DNA of 35,607 nt from a virus, in the UHGV virus genome UHGV-0212823; one strand, given 5' to 3'. A program made the position numbers and the translations under genes. The notes below the pieces were generated by a model. It worked only from the letters and a program-made list of their open reading frames with translations. It was not told where the DNA came from and searched no databases. Shown piece by piece: positions 16,960 through 27,300 of the stretch (positions are counted from its first letter, which is position 1; every line of letters begins with the position of its first letter).

Positions 16960-17202
16960 ATGTTCGTGGAACTCGTTTATGACAAAAGGAATTTTGATGG
17001 TCTGCCCGGTGCAAAAGATATCATTCTGGGCGAATTGACCAGGAGGGTTCACCGGATTTTCCCCGACGCTGATGTCCGGGTTAAACCGATGATGACATTG
17101 CCGGCGATCAACACTGACGCCAGCAAGCACGAGAAGGAACAGATAAGCCGTACTGTTCAGGAAATGTTTGAAGAGGCTGATATGTGGCTGGTTTCAGATT
17201 AA
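16960..17202 (+). CDS. dinI: DinI-family protein
   Basis: 80 aa; pattern ELTRRVHRIFPDADVRVKP...EKEQISRTVQEMFEEADMWLVSD resembles DinI; strong RBS AAGAGGAG. Confidence 0.75.
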   Translation: MFVELVYDKRNFDGLPGAKDIILGELTRRVHRIFPDADVRVKPMMTLPAINTDASKHEKEQISRTVQEMFEEADMWLVSD

Positions 17203-17336
17203 ACGCCCTGAACCGTAATATTGCTTAAGTACAATCCGCCGTGACTGGCAATCATTCAATACTCGCACTATCGGACGTGAGCCAGTCGGCCGCAATCATG
17301 CTCTTGCATACGGCATGGTTGCGGCAGTTATAATTT

Positions 17337-18749
17337 TTACGACTGAGTATCCTGCTGATTTTGCTGGCGCTCCCGTTCAGCTTTTTCTATCGCTTCGCGT
17401 GTCTCTTTCTGCATCCTGTTCCAGATACTGTCTTCCGGCATTTCCACACGCACAGATACAAAAGAATCTGCCGGAATATCGACAGGCTCACCGTCAGCCA
17501 CTGTCTCTGTAAACACGCCGTCAATATCGGTGTTCCCTATTCTGTTCTGAGCAAACGGTGGCGCTGATGTATGAACCCGGTGATACGTTCTGACCAGTAC
17601 AGAGCCATCAGCATTGACTTTGTAGTCCAGCCAGATGCGGGGTTGCTTGTTTCTGTCGACCGGGATTTCAAAACCGCCATCGATCCCACCCCATACAGCA
17701 TCATCATTCAGGCCAATGCAGCCGGTGATACGATATTGCCCAACAGAAATCCGCTCTACCGCGCACCCTTCTGATTCATGGTTAGTCTCATAAGAACCGT
17801 CCCGGTGAATGATGACTACCGGGGATGCCTGTTTTAGAAAACCATTACCATCAACGGTTGTGTTTCGTGTACCCCATAACGTGTTCTGGTTAAATGTGGA
17901 TGCTATCCCGCCTGAAACAGAGCCGCTCGCCACCTTCACATTACCGTTTGCATGATTTACGCTAAAAATCGAATAGATATCAGAGGTCCGGTGCAACACA
18001 GATGCGGACCACTGATATGTGGCGGTCGCATCACCAGCAATATCACGAAAAGAGAGCACTCCTGCATTGCTGGCTGCAGTATTAAAGTACGTCAGGATAT
18101 TGTTGATAGAACCAAACGCACCATCAACACCGTGAACGACGGCGGCCTGACGAAGACCTGCAGTCGTCCCAAAACCGGAACCACCTTTCGATAATGGCAG
18201 TATTCCCGTCGTATCATCACCGCTCAGCTCTACAGTACTTTTCACAGCAAGTGCTTTTAATCCCAGATTGGAGCGCGATTGCGCCTTGTCCACTACGTCT
18301 GAAAAATTCTTCGACCTTTTCAGCGTATCGCTATCAATATTCCCAACCTGGTCTGCGAGGTACTTCCACGACGGCCCAGGAAAGCTGGAGCCGTCTGGCA
18401 GCTTCACATTTATCATACCCGGGGAACTAAACACCTGCTGCCAGTTCTGTTTGTCGTAGTTCAGTCCGCGAAGGGCTTCGGTGTTCTGTACCACCATTGC
18501 GGCAGTGACCATATTCAGTGTCACACGGGAAACGGCATCCCAGGCCAGGTTATTTGCTGTCGGACCAGTAAAGGCACTGACCAGTGTCAGCGAATCATTG
18601 CTCTCGATGGATTTTACCGGAAGGGTGTAGGCTATGCCGCCCACCACAGAAACGACAAAGTCGCCAGGCTGAAGCGTCGTACTAAAAGAGGTCTGATAGC
18701 CAAGAACTGTTGCTGAGTTATGAGTTAACTGAATAACACCTGCAGACAT
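17337..18749 (-). CDS. putative tail fibre protein, 470 aa
   Basis: Distal-most tail gene; Gly/Ser/Thr/Asn-rich; charged coiled C-terminus; RBS AAGGAA upstream. Confidence 0.55.
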   Translation of the reverse strand: MSAGVIQLTHNSATVLGYQTSFSTTLQPGDFVVSVVGGIAYTLPVKSIESNDSLTLVSAFTGPTANNLAWDAVSRVTLNMVTAAMVVQNTEALRGLNYDKQNWQQVFSSPGMINVKLPDGSSFPGPSWKYLADQVGNIDSDTLKRSKNFSDVVDKAQSRSNLGLKALAVKSTVELSGDDTTGILPLSKGGSGFGTTAGLRQAAVVHGVDGAFGSINNILTYFNTAASNAGVLSFRDIAGDATATYQWSASVLHRTSDIYSIFSVNHANGNVKVASGSVSGGIASTFNQNTLWGTRNTTVDGNGFLKQASPVVIIHRDGSYETNHESEGCAVERISVGQYRITGCIGLNDDAVWGGIDGGFEIPVDRNKQPRIWLDYKVNADGSVLVRTYHRVHTSAPPFAQNRIGNTDIDGVFTETVADGEPVDIPADSFVSVRVEMPEDSIWNRMQKETREAIEKAERERQQNQQDTQS

Positions 18750-18758
18750 GGTGGTTCC

Positions 18759-19703
18759 TTAATACATGTTCGGAAGAATAAGAATGGGCATGGCGATATT
18801 TCTGTTACGGGTCATATCCCATGCACCAGAATTGCGGTCCGCAAATACTTTGTTGTAGGCTGACCTGACGCTACCGCCTGACATGACCACGCCTTTGGTT
18901 CTGATATTTCCCCATCCACCAATCATTCGTACCTGAACGCCGGTATAGACTATCTGGCAGAACCCGCCGCCAATATCCTGGAAGGCATCGGTGATCTGGA
19001 TTTGTCGGTCATACACAAAGGGGCGTTTCAGCGTGGAGAATGTCACCAGGCCTGCGGCGTTGGTCATCGTGATACCGTCGCCGCCGACAGGTGCGGTCTG
19101 ATTGAATATCACCAGGTCTATCGTCGCCGTTCCGGCCACGTCGTCCCGCCCGGTGTAGGAAATATCGCGCACGATGATATTGCCGCCATCAAACCCCACC
19201 GACACATTCGGGTTATCCCATTTGCCAAAAGGAATACCGCTGACCGGAAGCGGCGCGCTGCCGTTAACCGTAATGCGTCCCGACCAGGCGCAGGTCATCA
19301 GCGCAGCCTGATTAGATATGGCGGTGAAGTCAGTCGAGTTCGAAACCAGCAATCCTTCGTTATAAGTCGCCGCAGGCAGCAGTTCCATGACATAACCAGA
19401 CCAGTCAGGAGTGATGGCCTTTCCCCCGATGGTCTCTGCCCCAATGATGACCCCGGAATTACCGTTGCGGGTGACGCTCGTCATAATGGCCACATCAAAT
19501 TCAGCATAGGAATAGATGTAAATAGGGGTGGTGGGCACCACGATAGCCTGTGAGCCGGGAACAAGTGGCGTATTGACCGGGTACTGCATTGACTGGGATG
19601 ACCAGCCCGAGAACGATGTACAAAAACTCGGGGCTCGCAGCCCCGCAGTAATTGCCATAACCGGACGGCCATCGTTATAGTCGATTAATATCCCCTCCGG
19701 CAT
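18759..19703 (-). CDS. tail-associated hypothetical protein, 314 aa (start trimmed to MPEGIL)
   Basis: RBS GGAGG upstream of ATG at 19703, 1 nt after the J-like gene stop; Gly/Thr-rich. Confidence 0.5.
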   Translation of the reverse strand: MPEGILIDYNDGRPVMAITAGLRAPSFCTSFSGWSSQSMQYPVNTPLVPGSQAIVVPTTPIYIYSYAEFDVAIMTSVTRNGNSGVIIGAETIGGKAITPDWSGYVMELLPAATYNEGLLVSNSTDFTAISNQAALMTCAWSGRITVNGSAPLPVSGIPFGKWDNPNVSVGFDGGNIIVRDISYTGRDDVAGTATIDLVIFNQTAPVGGDGITMTNAAGLVTFSTLKRPFVYDRQIQITDAFQDIGGGFCQIVYTGVQVRMIGGWGNIRTKGVVMSGGSVRSAYNKVFADRNSGAWDMTRNRNIAMPILILPNMY

Positions 19704-19704
19704 A

Positions 19705-22416
19705 TCACCACCTCCCGACGACAACCCGCCCACCGCCAGATAAATTGACAGTTAGTCCATTGCCGTTAATTACGACGGTGTTATTAACCCCGTTAAATGC
19801 GAACTCACCACTGTCGGCATATAACTTTCCGTGGAATTCAGGGCTGGCATTCTTGGGAAGATTCCATCCTCTTACACCGGGAATGAAATTCGCCGATTGC
19901 AGAGAATCGGTAATTTTACCAAAATCAATGGACGCTTCCTGGATGAGCGCACTGCGAATAAATACCTGCCCGTTATAGACAAAGAATGCAGCCTGCCAGT
20001 TACCTGGATTGTTACCGGAGTAAATACCGAACTGATCGGCGGCAAATACAACCGTGGATTTATAGCTGTTTCCTGATGGCTCAATAGACATGCCAAATCC
20101 GGTATTGTATTTAACACCGTCTCGCACAATGCCCATATTCAGGGTGTAAGAGGCTTTGGCTGTTCCGTCACTTTTTACTTCAGCTGTCATCTTCTGGTTT
20201 ACAGCAGCCATCAACTGCCCATCAGGACCGATTTGCGCCTGAACATAATCAGCCAGTTCAGCAAATGCACCATCCAGATTTGCCACTGTTGTCCTGACCG
20301 TCATAATTTCAGCTTTAACTTCACCGTACTGTTCAAACTGACGCTGGACCGTCCCATGACCGGCGAGAGCATTTTCCATAATGCCTTCCAGATTTGTATC
20401 AACCCCATCCTTAATATTCTGAAAGGCATCAGAGTTCTGAATCTGGTCATCAATGATGTCAATCAGACCGCCAGTATCCATGGAGCACAGCGCCGGCACC
20501 TCGATAAAGCCGGAGGTGCCAAAGGCATTAATCGTCCTGATGTACCAGTAATAGGTATGGCCGATCTTTAACTGATTACTGGTCCAGGTTGTTCCCATCC
20601 CCTCGCGGCTGGCATTCGCTTCCACGGTGGCTGTTGAGGTATTGGGTAGCTTTGTTTCGCCTGAAGTCCAGAAATCAAACTGCGTGGAAACATTAGTGAT
20701 CGCCGCCAGACGCGGGATCAGCGTGACGGCAAAGAAGCCCTGCTCAATATCGACATGGGAAGGTGCTGGCGGGGCTTCAATGCTGAATTCCAGATACCCT
20801 TCTGGCGATTCTGCCCCCATCTGGTTTACAGCAATAACGTGGGCTGTATAGGTGTTTTTCGGTAACCCGGTAAGTCGTGTGAACGTTCCTGGAACCTGGA
20901 CGGACATGACCATCTGACCGTTTCGACGGATGATCACTTTGTTGTAGACCACCTGCCCGATATTCTGCCAGGACAAAATGCCCTGTACTACCTGACCGAT
21001 TTCCTCCACGGTGTATTTCAGGTTCTGCGGCTGCGCCACGCCACCTGACGGCAACTGAGTGAACGGCGGTCGCTCAATCGGTTTACCAATGGCATCGCCC
21101 CAGACATCTGCCGTTTCCTGCTTCAGCGTCAGTTGCACACCGTTCTGCACGCCAAATTTCCAGTCCGTTACCCGCATCTCAACATTCACGATACCGATAG
21201 ACGGGAAATTCACCTTCACATACATTCCCGGGCGATAACGATACCCGCTCAGGTTTAACGTAACGTTCATGGTTCTGGCGATGCGGGTGCGCTTTAACTT
21301 CACGTCTGCCAGACGCTGGGCCTGAAATTCAGAGGTCACAAATCGCAGCTTCATATCCTGCGATATTTCCACGCCGTCTTCCGTCACCCATTCACTGACA
21401 GACACAGAAGGGAAATCCGCTTCGGTATAGCCCTGCTGCGGATCGACAAATGTCCCCTTGATAGTGTTAACACGTTCCGCCTGAGAGACTTCCGGCATGA
21501 TTTCTATATCACCGGCCAGTTGGCTCTCAGTGATCACCTCTGTCGCGGGGCCGTAGTATGCCCCGACCAGAAGGCCATGTTTACCCGCGGTATATGTTAC
21601 ATCCCCGGCACATGCCGCCAGCATTCCCTCCAGAATACTGACCTTGTTTTCACTGAGATCGAACTCACCGTTAATCGTGTAACGCTTCTCAACGGTATTA
21701 CCGCCAGTAATAACATCCTCATCACAGATGTTCGCCGCTTCCTGAAACTGGTCCCAGAGAATATCGGTGTCGGGCACTTTCAGGTAATTTCGGTAATAGT
21801 CCAGGATAACCAGCGCCGCATTATTGCTGTAACCCGTTAACCCGGTGCGCGGGTCATAAATAGCCCGCCCCTGCTTTTCGACCTTGATGTTAGGGATACC
21901 TGCCGGGAATTTTTCAGCGTTGAACTTCAGGGATACGCGCAGCCAGGTGATCCCTTTCCCGATCATGTCTTCTTTCCATGACGGGCAGTTTTCCAGCATG
22001 TACGGGTCCGCCGTCTGGCGATTGGTGTGCAGCTCGAAAAAGGCATGCTCAGGATAGCTACTGATCGGCTCATCACCCAGCCAGACAGTCTGTACACCGG
22101 ATAACGGATGCCCCGCCAGGGCAATGGCCAGATGCAGCATTTCGCCATCATCCTGTTCGCCAGCCTGCTCTTCGGAAAAGAACAAAGTGCCCGCCGACGT
22201 TGAGCGACCGTAAACAACGGTTTTGGCACTGGCCGCTGCGCGCAGAACCTGTTTGCGTTCAGACGTATCACGGTAGGAATTCAGCGACGGGGTCTTGGTC
22301 AGCGCCTGAGTGGCAATCTGTGCGGCGACGGTGATAACCATCGCAATGGCATACATTTCATTTGCCGCTGCCACACCTGCGGCAATGGTTGCAACAATAG
22401 GAACAGCAGCAGGCAT
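19705..22416 (-). CDS. host-specificity / tail tip protein, J-like
   Basis: 903 aa; internal segments (APPAPSHVDIEQGFFAVT, TQFDFWTSGE, GHTYYWYIRTINAFGTSGFIE) match conserved lambda J blocks as I recall them; hydrophobic N-terminus. Confidence 0.8.
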   Translation of the reverse strand: MPAAVPIVATIAAGVAAANEMYAIAMVITVAAQIATQALTKTPSLNSYRDTSERKQVLRAAASAKTVVYGRSTSAGTLFFSEEQAGEQDDGEMLHLAIALAGHPLSGVQTVWLGDEPISSYPEHAFFELHTNRQTADPYMLENCPSWKEDMIGKGITWLRVSLKFNAEKFPAGIPNIKVEKQGRAIYDPRTGLTGYSNNAALVILDYYRNYLKVPDTDILWDQFQEAANICDEDVITGGNTVEKRYTINGEFDLSENKVSILEGMLAACAGDVTYTAGKHGLLVGAYYGPATEVITESQLAGDIEIMPEVSQAERVNTIKGTFVDPQQGYTEADFPSVSVSEWVTEDGVEISQDMKLRFVTSEFQAQRLADVKLKRTRIARTMNVTLNLSGYRYRPGMYVKVNFPSIGIVNVEMRVTDWKFGVQNGVQLTLKQETADVWGDAIGKPIERPPFTQLPSGGVAQPQNLKYTVEEIGQVVQGILSWQNIGQVVYNKVIIRRNGQMVMSVQVPGTFTRLTGLPKNTYTAHVIAVNQMGAESPEGYLEFSIEAPPAPSHVDIEQGFFAVTLIPRLAAITNVSTQFDFWTSGETKLPNTSTATVEANASREGMGTTWTSNQLKIGHTYYWYIRTINAFGTSGFIEVPALCSMDTGGLIDIIDDQIQNSDAFQNIKDGVDTNLEGIMENALAGHGTVQRQFEQYGEVKAEIMTVRTTVANLDGAFAELADYVQAQIGPDGQLMAAVNQKMTAEVKSDGTAKASYTLNMGIVRDGVKYNTGFGMSIEPSGNSYKSTVVFAADQFGIYSGNNPGNWQAAFFVYNGQVFIRSALIQEASIDFGKITDSLQSANFIPGVRGWNLPKNASPEFHGKLYADSGEFAFNGVNNTVVINGNGLTVNLSGGGRVVVGRW

Positions 22417-22814
22417 TAACGCACCCTCCAGACACTCAACGGTTTAACCCGAAGACTGACAAGACCATTTTCGCCAGGAACCCATACAACGCCGGAATAC
22501 ACCACCCCGGCGCATCGCGCCCCGGCATTTTCAACAACGGCAATATCCCCACGCTGCGACAGTTTTACCGGTACTTCGTCGAGATAGCGGGCCAGCACCT
22601 TTTCAAGCGAACCGCCACCGCGCAATATCGCCTTTTTCGCCCCATGCTCACTGTCGTAGGTTCCGCGCCAGTCTGCCGCAAAATCCTCGCCGCACATGGC
22701 CTGAGCGCAGTCTGCCGCGAACAGGCAGCAGTCATGACTGCCCCATAAAAAAGGCCGCTTTTCAGCGGCCCTTATTACGGTAATTAATCTGTTATGCCAG
22801 TCCGGATGCTTCAT
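22416..22814 (-). CDS. minor tail protein, 132 aa (possible Cys/His peptidase-like)
   Basis: Position between tape measure and J; HDCCLFAADC motif; start overlaps J-like gene. Confidence 0.45.
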   Translation of the reverse strand: MKHPDWHNRLITVIRAAEKRPFLWGSHDCCLFAADCAQAMCGEDFAADWRGTYDSEHGAKKAILRGGGSLEKVLARYLDEVPVKLSQRGDIAVVENAGARCAGVVYSGVVWVPGENGLVSLRVKPLSVWRVR

Positions 22815-22820
22815 GCTTCC

Positions 22821-23405
22821 TCACTTATAGGTAAATCCTGGCGCATCTTTTTTACTGCCCCAGTAAATCGAACGTTCAGACATCTGCGCCACATACCGGA
22901 ATATGCGGTCGCCGGGATAAGCGGCCTGCTGCGATTCATCGGTATAGCGATCTGGGAAAGGACGCTGCCAGTCTTCAAAAATATTACTGATGGTGTACTG
23001 CAGGGCGTTCGTCCCGCCAGCGGTCGCCCCTGTACTGGATACCCGCCCTTTAAACAGGAGATCGGCAACCTGGACAACACCGTGATCATCCATAGCCACC
23101 AGATAGATTTCGGCATTTCTGCCCACGCATCGCTCATTCAGCGTGGTGGCAAAGAGGGACATATCCAGACCTGAGAGGGTCATTTTGACCTGCGTCGGGC
23201 TGGTCGTGCTGGTTTCACTGGCATCATCAACAGAACCCATGCGCCCCATGCCGTAATAGACATAACCACCAATAACCAGTGTCCCGGTCCCGGAATGCAC
23301 ATAGACGGTACCGGATTCAAACTGAATATTGGCGGCGATCGCGACCGTCACCCTGTCGCGGGATAACCAGTCCACCATCGAATCAGAAAACGGGGAATAC
23401 AGCAT
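22821..23405 (-). CDS. minor tail protein, 194 aa
   Basis: Position and coupling within the tail tip module. Confidence 0.45.
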   Translation of the reverse strand: MLYSPFSDSMVDWLSRDRVTVAIAANIQFESGTVYVHSGTGTLVIGGYVYYGMGRMGSVDDASETSTTSPTQVKMTLSGLDMSLFATTLNERCVGRNAEIYLVAMDDHGVVQVADLLFKGRVSSTGATAGGTNALQYTISNIFEDWQRPFPDRYTDESQQAAYPGDRIFRYVAQMSERSIYWGSKKDAPGFTYK

Positions 23406-23998
23406 TAAAATGCCTCCTCAAGCTCCAGCGTGTAACTGGTAAAAACACCCGGCACACGGTTACCGGCACCCTGCTGGTTATCTTTCAGTTTGAAAATGCC
23501 GTAGGGTTTCGCGACCTCAATGACAGCATTAGCAGGCGGAGAGCTACGCAACATCGGCGCAAATGTAATCATTGCGGTACCGTTCGCCGCGCTCGTCACA
23601 TCGGCTGTAACCATCTTCAGTTCATCGTTAACAGTGAAATAATCGCCCTGTCTGAGCGCAACTACCCCCGGCGTCCAGCCCTTGCTCCGAAGCTGGATTC
23701 CGGTCTGATTAGCGCCATCAACAACTGGCGTTCCAGCAGGCACTCTGCCACTTCTGCCCCAGTCACGCACTTTTACCCTGCCATACTCACCGTCAAGCGA
23801 AGCCACCAGAGCATCAATGCGCCTGGATTTTTCGTCAGTCAGGTTATTAAAAGTCAGAGAACATACCCAGCGGGTACCAGGGAAGCGTGCTGTCTGCGAT
23901 GAACCATTGAAGGGAGAACGGAAGGTTTTGGTGTTACTCTCTGGTCGCCAGGTCAGCGACGCGGGACAGACATCTTCCGGCCATTCGAGTACAGCCAT
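23405..23998 (-). CDS. minor tail protein, 197 aa
   Basis: First gene after the tape measure gene in the late direction. Confidence 0.45.
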   Translation of the reverse strand: MAVLEWPEDVCPASLTWRPESNTKTFRSPFNGSSQTARFPGTRWVCSLTFNNLTDEKSRRIDALVASLDGEYGRVKVRDWGRSGRVPAGTPVVDGANQTGIQLRSKGWTPGVVALRQGDYFTVNDELKMVTADVTSAANGTAMITFAPMLRSSPPANAVIEVAKPYGIFKLKDNQQGAGNRVPGVFTSYTLELEEAF

Positions 23999-24081
23999 AA
24001 ACTCTCCTGAAAATTTTGATTAGACTCTGATAATTGTTTTAACATCAGCATGCTATTTCACTTTTAAAGGAATTAATTAAG

Positions 24082-24300
24082 ATGGAAAATATCGAGCTAG
24101 AACAACTGAAAAAAGAAATTGAAACTCTTCAGATGCGTATGGGAAGCGCAGAATACTTGATAAAATTTTTGTATCAGCGACTCCCTCAGCATGAAATTGA
24201 TGAACTGGGTCAAGAGATGTCAGAAGCCTTAAAATCCTACGGTGAAGACACCTTTGTGGGTGGATTACTGACTGAGGGATTGAGACTTTTAAGAAAATAA
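24082..24300 (+). CDS. small hypothetical protein, 72 aa, opposite strand inside the tail operon
   Basis: AT-rich; predicted helical, heptad-like N-terminus (IELEQLKKEIETLQ); occupies the gap between tape measure and minor tail genes. Confidence 0.4.
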   Translation: MENIELEQLKKEIETLQMRMGSAEYLIKFLYQRLPQHEIDELGQEMSEALKSYGEDTFVGGLLTEGLRLLRK

Positions 24301-24375
24301 CTCAACAATAAAATCATCAAACGGCAACTGACTGCCGCTTTCAACTTTTTGGATCACTAACGACTCCTTGCGATT

Positions 24376-27300
24376 TTACACACCCAGTAATCTCCTGGCC
24401 TGACCGTTGGTCTGAAAATCGCTCATCATCTCCTGGCGCGCCTGTCGAGCACCGTTTCTTGCTCCCTTGGCGGCTGCCTGTTCCATTGCCTGCTTCAGTG
24501 CGGCGTCTCCGTTCCCAGATATGTTGAAGTGCTGATGAATAATCGTATCACCGCCGCCTGATGTAGCACCTGGAGTGCCAATCATGCGAACACCCAGCGA
24601 ACCATCAGCTGATCGTGTCAGCGGCATAATGGCTTCCGGCCCCGCCTCCCCCATAAGCCCGGCGCCTTTTGCAAAAGCAAAATATGTCGGTGTGCTAACA
24701 ATGCTGTTGCTGTAAGCGCTCAGACTTTCAGAGGCATATGCACCACCTTTTGCATTCAGCTTTATGCCTGAAGCAGCAGAGTTATAAGCGCCTGAAGGAG
24801 TGCTACCAGATGCAGCTCCAGCGCCCGCACCAAACATACCGCCAATTGAACTGAAAAAGCCGCTGTTACTGGCTGAGCGCAAAGAATCCACCAGCATCGC
24901 ATTGAGGATAATTTTCTGCATAGACTGAAGCACCGAACTGGCCCAATCTTCCCAGTCAACCTTATTACCGGCCAGTGCATCAGATATGTTACCCACCAGC
25001 CCGGACATTGCGTTATTCACCAGGTCAGCAGACTGAGATGCATAATCAGAAGCAGTGTCAGCCCAGTTTGCAAAACCTTCACGCATACCCGTTGTCCAGT
25101 CACTACGCTGAGCGTCAGAAGCTGAGTAGTAAGCTTCCTGATCTCGTAACCGTTCATCGAGATAACGTTTATTCAGTGCCAGTTCCTGACGGTATAGGTC
25201 TTCCGAAATATCACCTGACTGGTACTGGCGCTGCAGATCAACGTTCTTCTGCTGAAACTCTTCCCGGATACGCAGCACTTCCTGCATCCGTTCACGCATT
25301 CGGCTTCCCTGACCATACCCGGTAAGTTCTGCCTGGTTAGATGCCCTGGCACTGGCATTCGAATCAGCAAGGTTAGCTTCATACGCCGCTAATTGTTCGC
25401 GGATTTTCTGCTGATCAATCAACGCAGCATTCTGCAACAGGGTTTGTTTTTGTGCCTCGGTGAGAGACGTAAGCTCTCCCTGGCTAACCTGGTATTTCAG
25501 TTTTGCCAGTTCGGTATTTTGACCAGCCAGAGCGATTTGCTCTTTCTGCTGCTTAATGAGTTTGTCGTAAGTATCCGCCGTTTTTTCGGCTTCAGTTTTT
25601 CCACCTTTTGCTTTCGGCTTGTTAGCTTGATTATTTCTCCATTCCTCTAAACCATTATTAATTAACTCCTGACGGCTGGTTTGGTAACGAGGATCGTTAG
25701 AAGCGAAGCCAAGATCATCAGCAGAATAACTTAATCGTAAGCGTTCTCTCTCCTCGCCTTTACGGCGAGATAATTCAAGTTCACGCCTACTTTTTTCAAT
25801 CGCATCCACCTGTTTAGTATTAAGCTCAGCCTGAGGTGACCGTAACGGAGAGTTAACCAGTCCCTGACGAGACATAAGCAGTGCATTTCCCAACCCTAGC
25901 AGACGGTTAAACTCTGTATGCTGGCCGTTCATAATTAATAATGACTGATAGGCTGAATTCTGTTCTGCTGCCTGCTGACGAATAAGCGCAATACGACGAT
26001 GCTCTACCCCCTCAAGAACCTCCTGAATAGACTGCGATTTAGCCTGCATCTGTGCCAAGCGTTCTTGCTCAATAGCTAAAGCATTAGTGGCATCAGAAAG
26101 ACCTCGAGTAGCGTCATCTATGCTCTTAAGATGGTTAACCATGTAACCAGCAACTGTAGGACCAGGGTTAGCCAACATATGCTGGTAACCGGAAATTTCT
26201 TCCCGTAACTGCCTAACCTTTTTCGCCTGCTCATCAATAAGCCGGTTTTGCTCGTCTAATGCCTGTCTAGTCTTGGCTTCATTATCTGAAGCTTCAGGTA
26301 ATGACATGGTTTTTGTTTTAGAGCGTATCTGATCAATGGTATTTGCATAGTCTTGTGCGGATCGACGAGCTTGCTCCTGATTCTGGTACATGGTGTACCA
26401 TGCACCTGCTCCCAACATAACCAGACCAGGAATCCCGCCAACCAACCCAAGAGCACCACCCATCAATCGAGAACCTAACGATGTCACATTATTTAGGGCT
26501 TCCTGCGCTGCGGTCCTTGCCGAAATATTTCTAATTAATGATGCTTGAGCATCAGATAACCTTTTCTCCGCTGCTGCCTGTGCATCAGTTCCCCTAGTAG
26601 CAATTAAAGCTTGTTGTGCCCGATACACAGTTGCACGAGCGCGAGCCGTGGATATTTGAGTACCTCTCACTTGCGCTTCAGCAAGCGCAATTTCACTCTT
26701 TGCTGCATTTAATAATCCAGATGTCGCTGAAAATGCTCCTGATGCTATATCTCCGAACCAACGCGCTGCGCCAACAGCAACAAGAACACCTGCGGCAGTT
26801 GCAACTTCATCAATGTTATCTGCAATCCCATTTAATGCGCCTGTTAATGTCCGACTAACACCGCTTGCTTCATTTGCGCCGCCAACCCATGCCATAAAGG
26901 CGTTTTCAATTTTTGTTGTTGCAGCGGATACAGTCTGCGGCATTGCGTTGTATTCTTCACGAAGTGATCCTAGCTGGCTGATTAGTGCCGGAACAACCTT
27001 GTCAGCAGTAAGTTGGCCTGCGTCAGCCATTGCCTTTAAGTCTTTTCTGGCTACCCCCATCCCAGAGGCAAGAGCTCTGATAACGCGATCGCCATTCTCA
27101 TTAACTGAGTTAAACTCCTCACCACGTAAAACCCCTTGAGCCAGCGCTTGGCTGAATTGGGTAATAACAGAACTCGCCTCTGCCGTGCTTGCACCAGAAA
27201 GTTTCAATCCGGTAGAAATAGCCTCAGTAACATTTAGTACTTCTTCGGAGCTATAACCGAATTCACGCATTGATGCCGCTGAGCGTGCAAACAGGTTTGC

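Noticed and set aside
16900-16960. LexA box in front of dinI
   Set aside because: No CTGT-N8-ACAG match found by eye near the dinI RBS; the nearest partial match (GCGTATATATATACAG at about 16345-16360) is 600 bp upstream and lacks the left half-site.
19002-19553. 183-aa plus-strand ORF
   Set aside because: Antisense to the tail-associated 314-aa gene; Arg/His-rich; shadow ORF.
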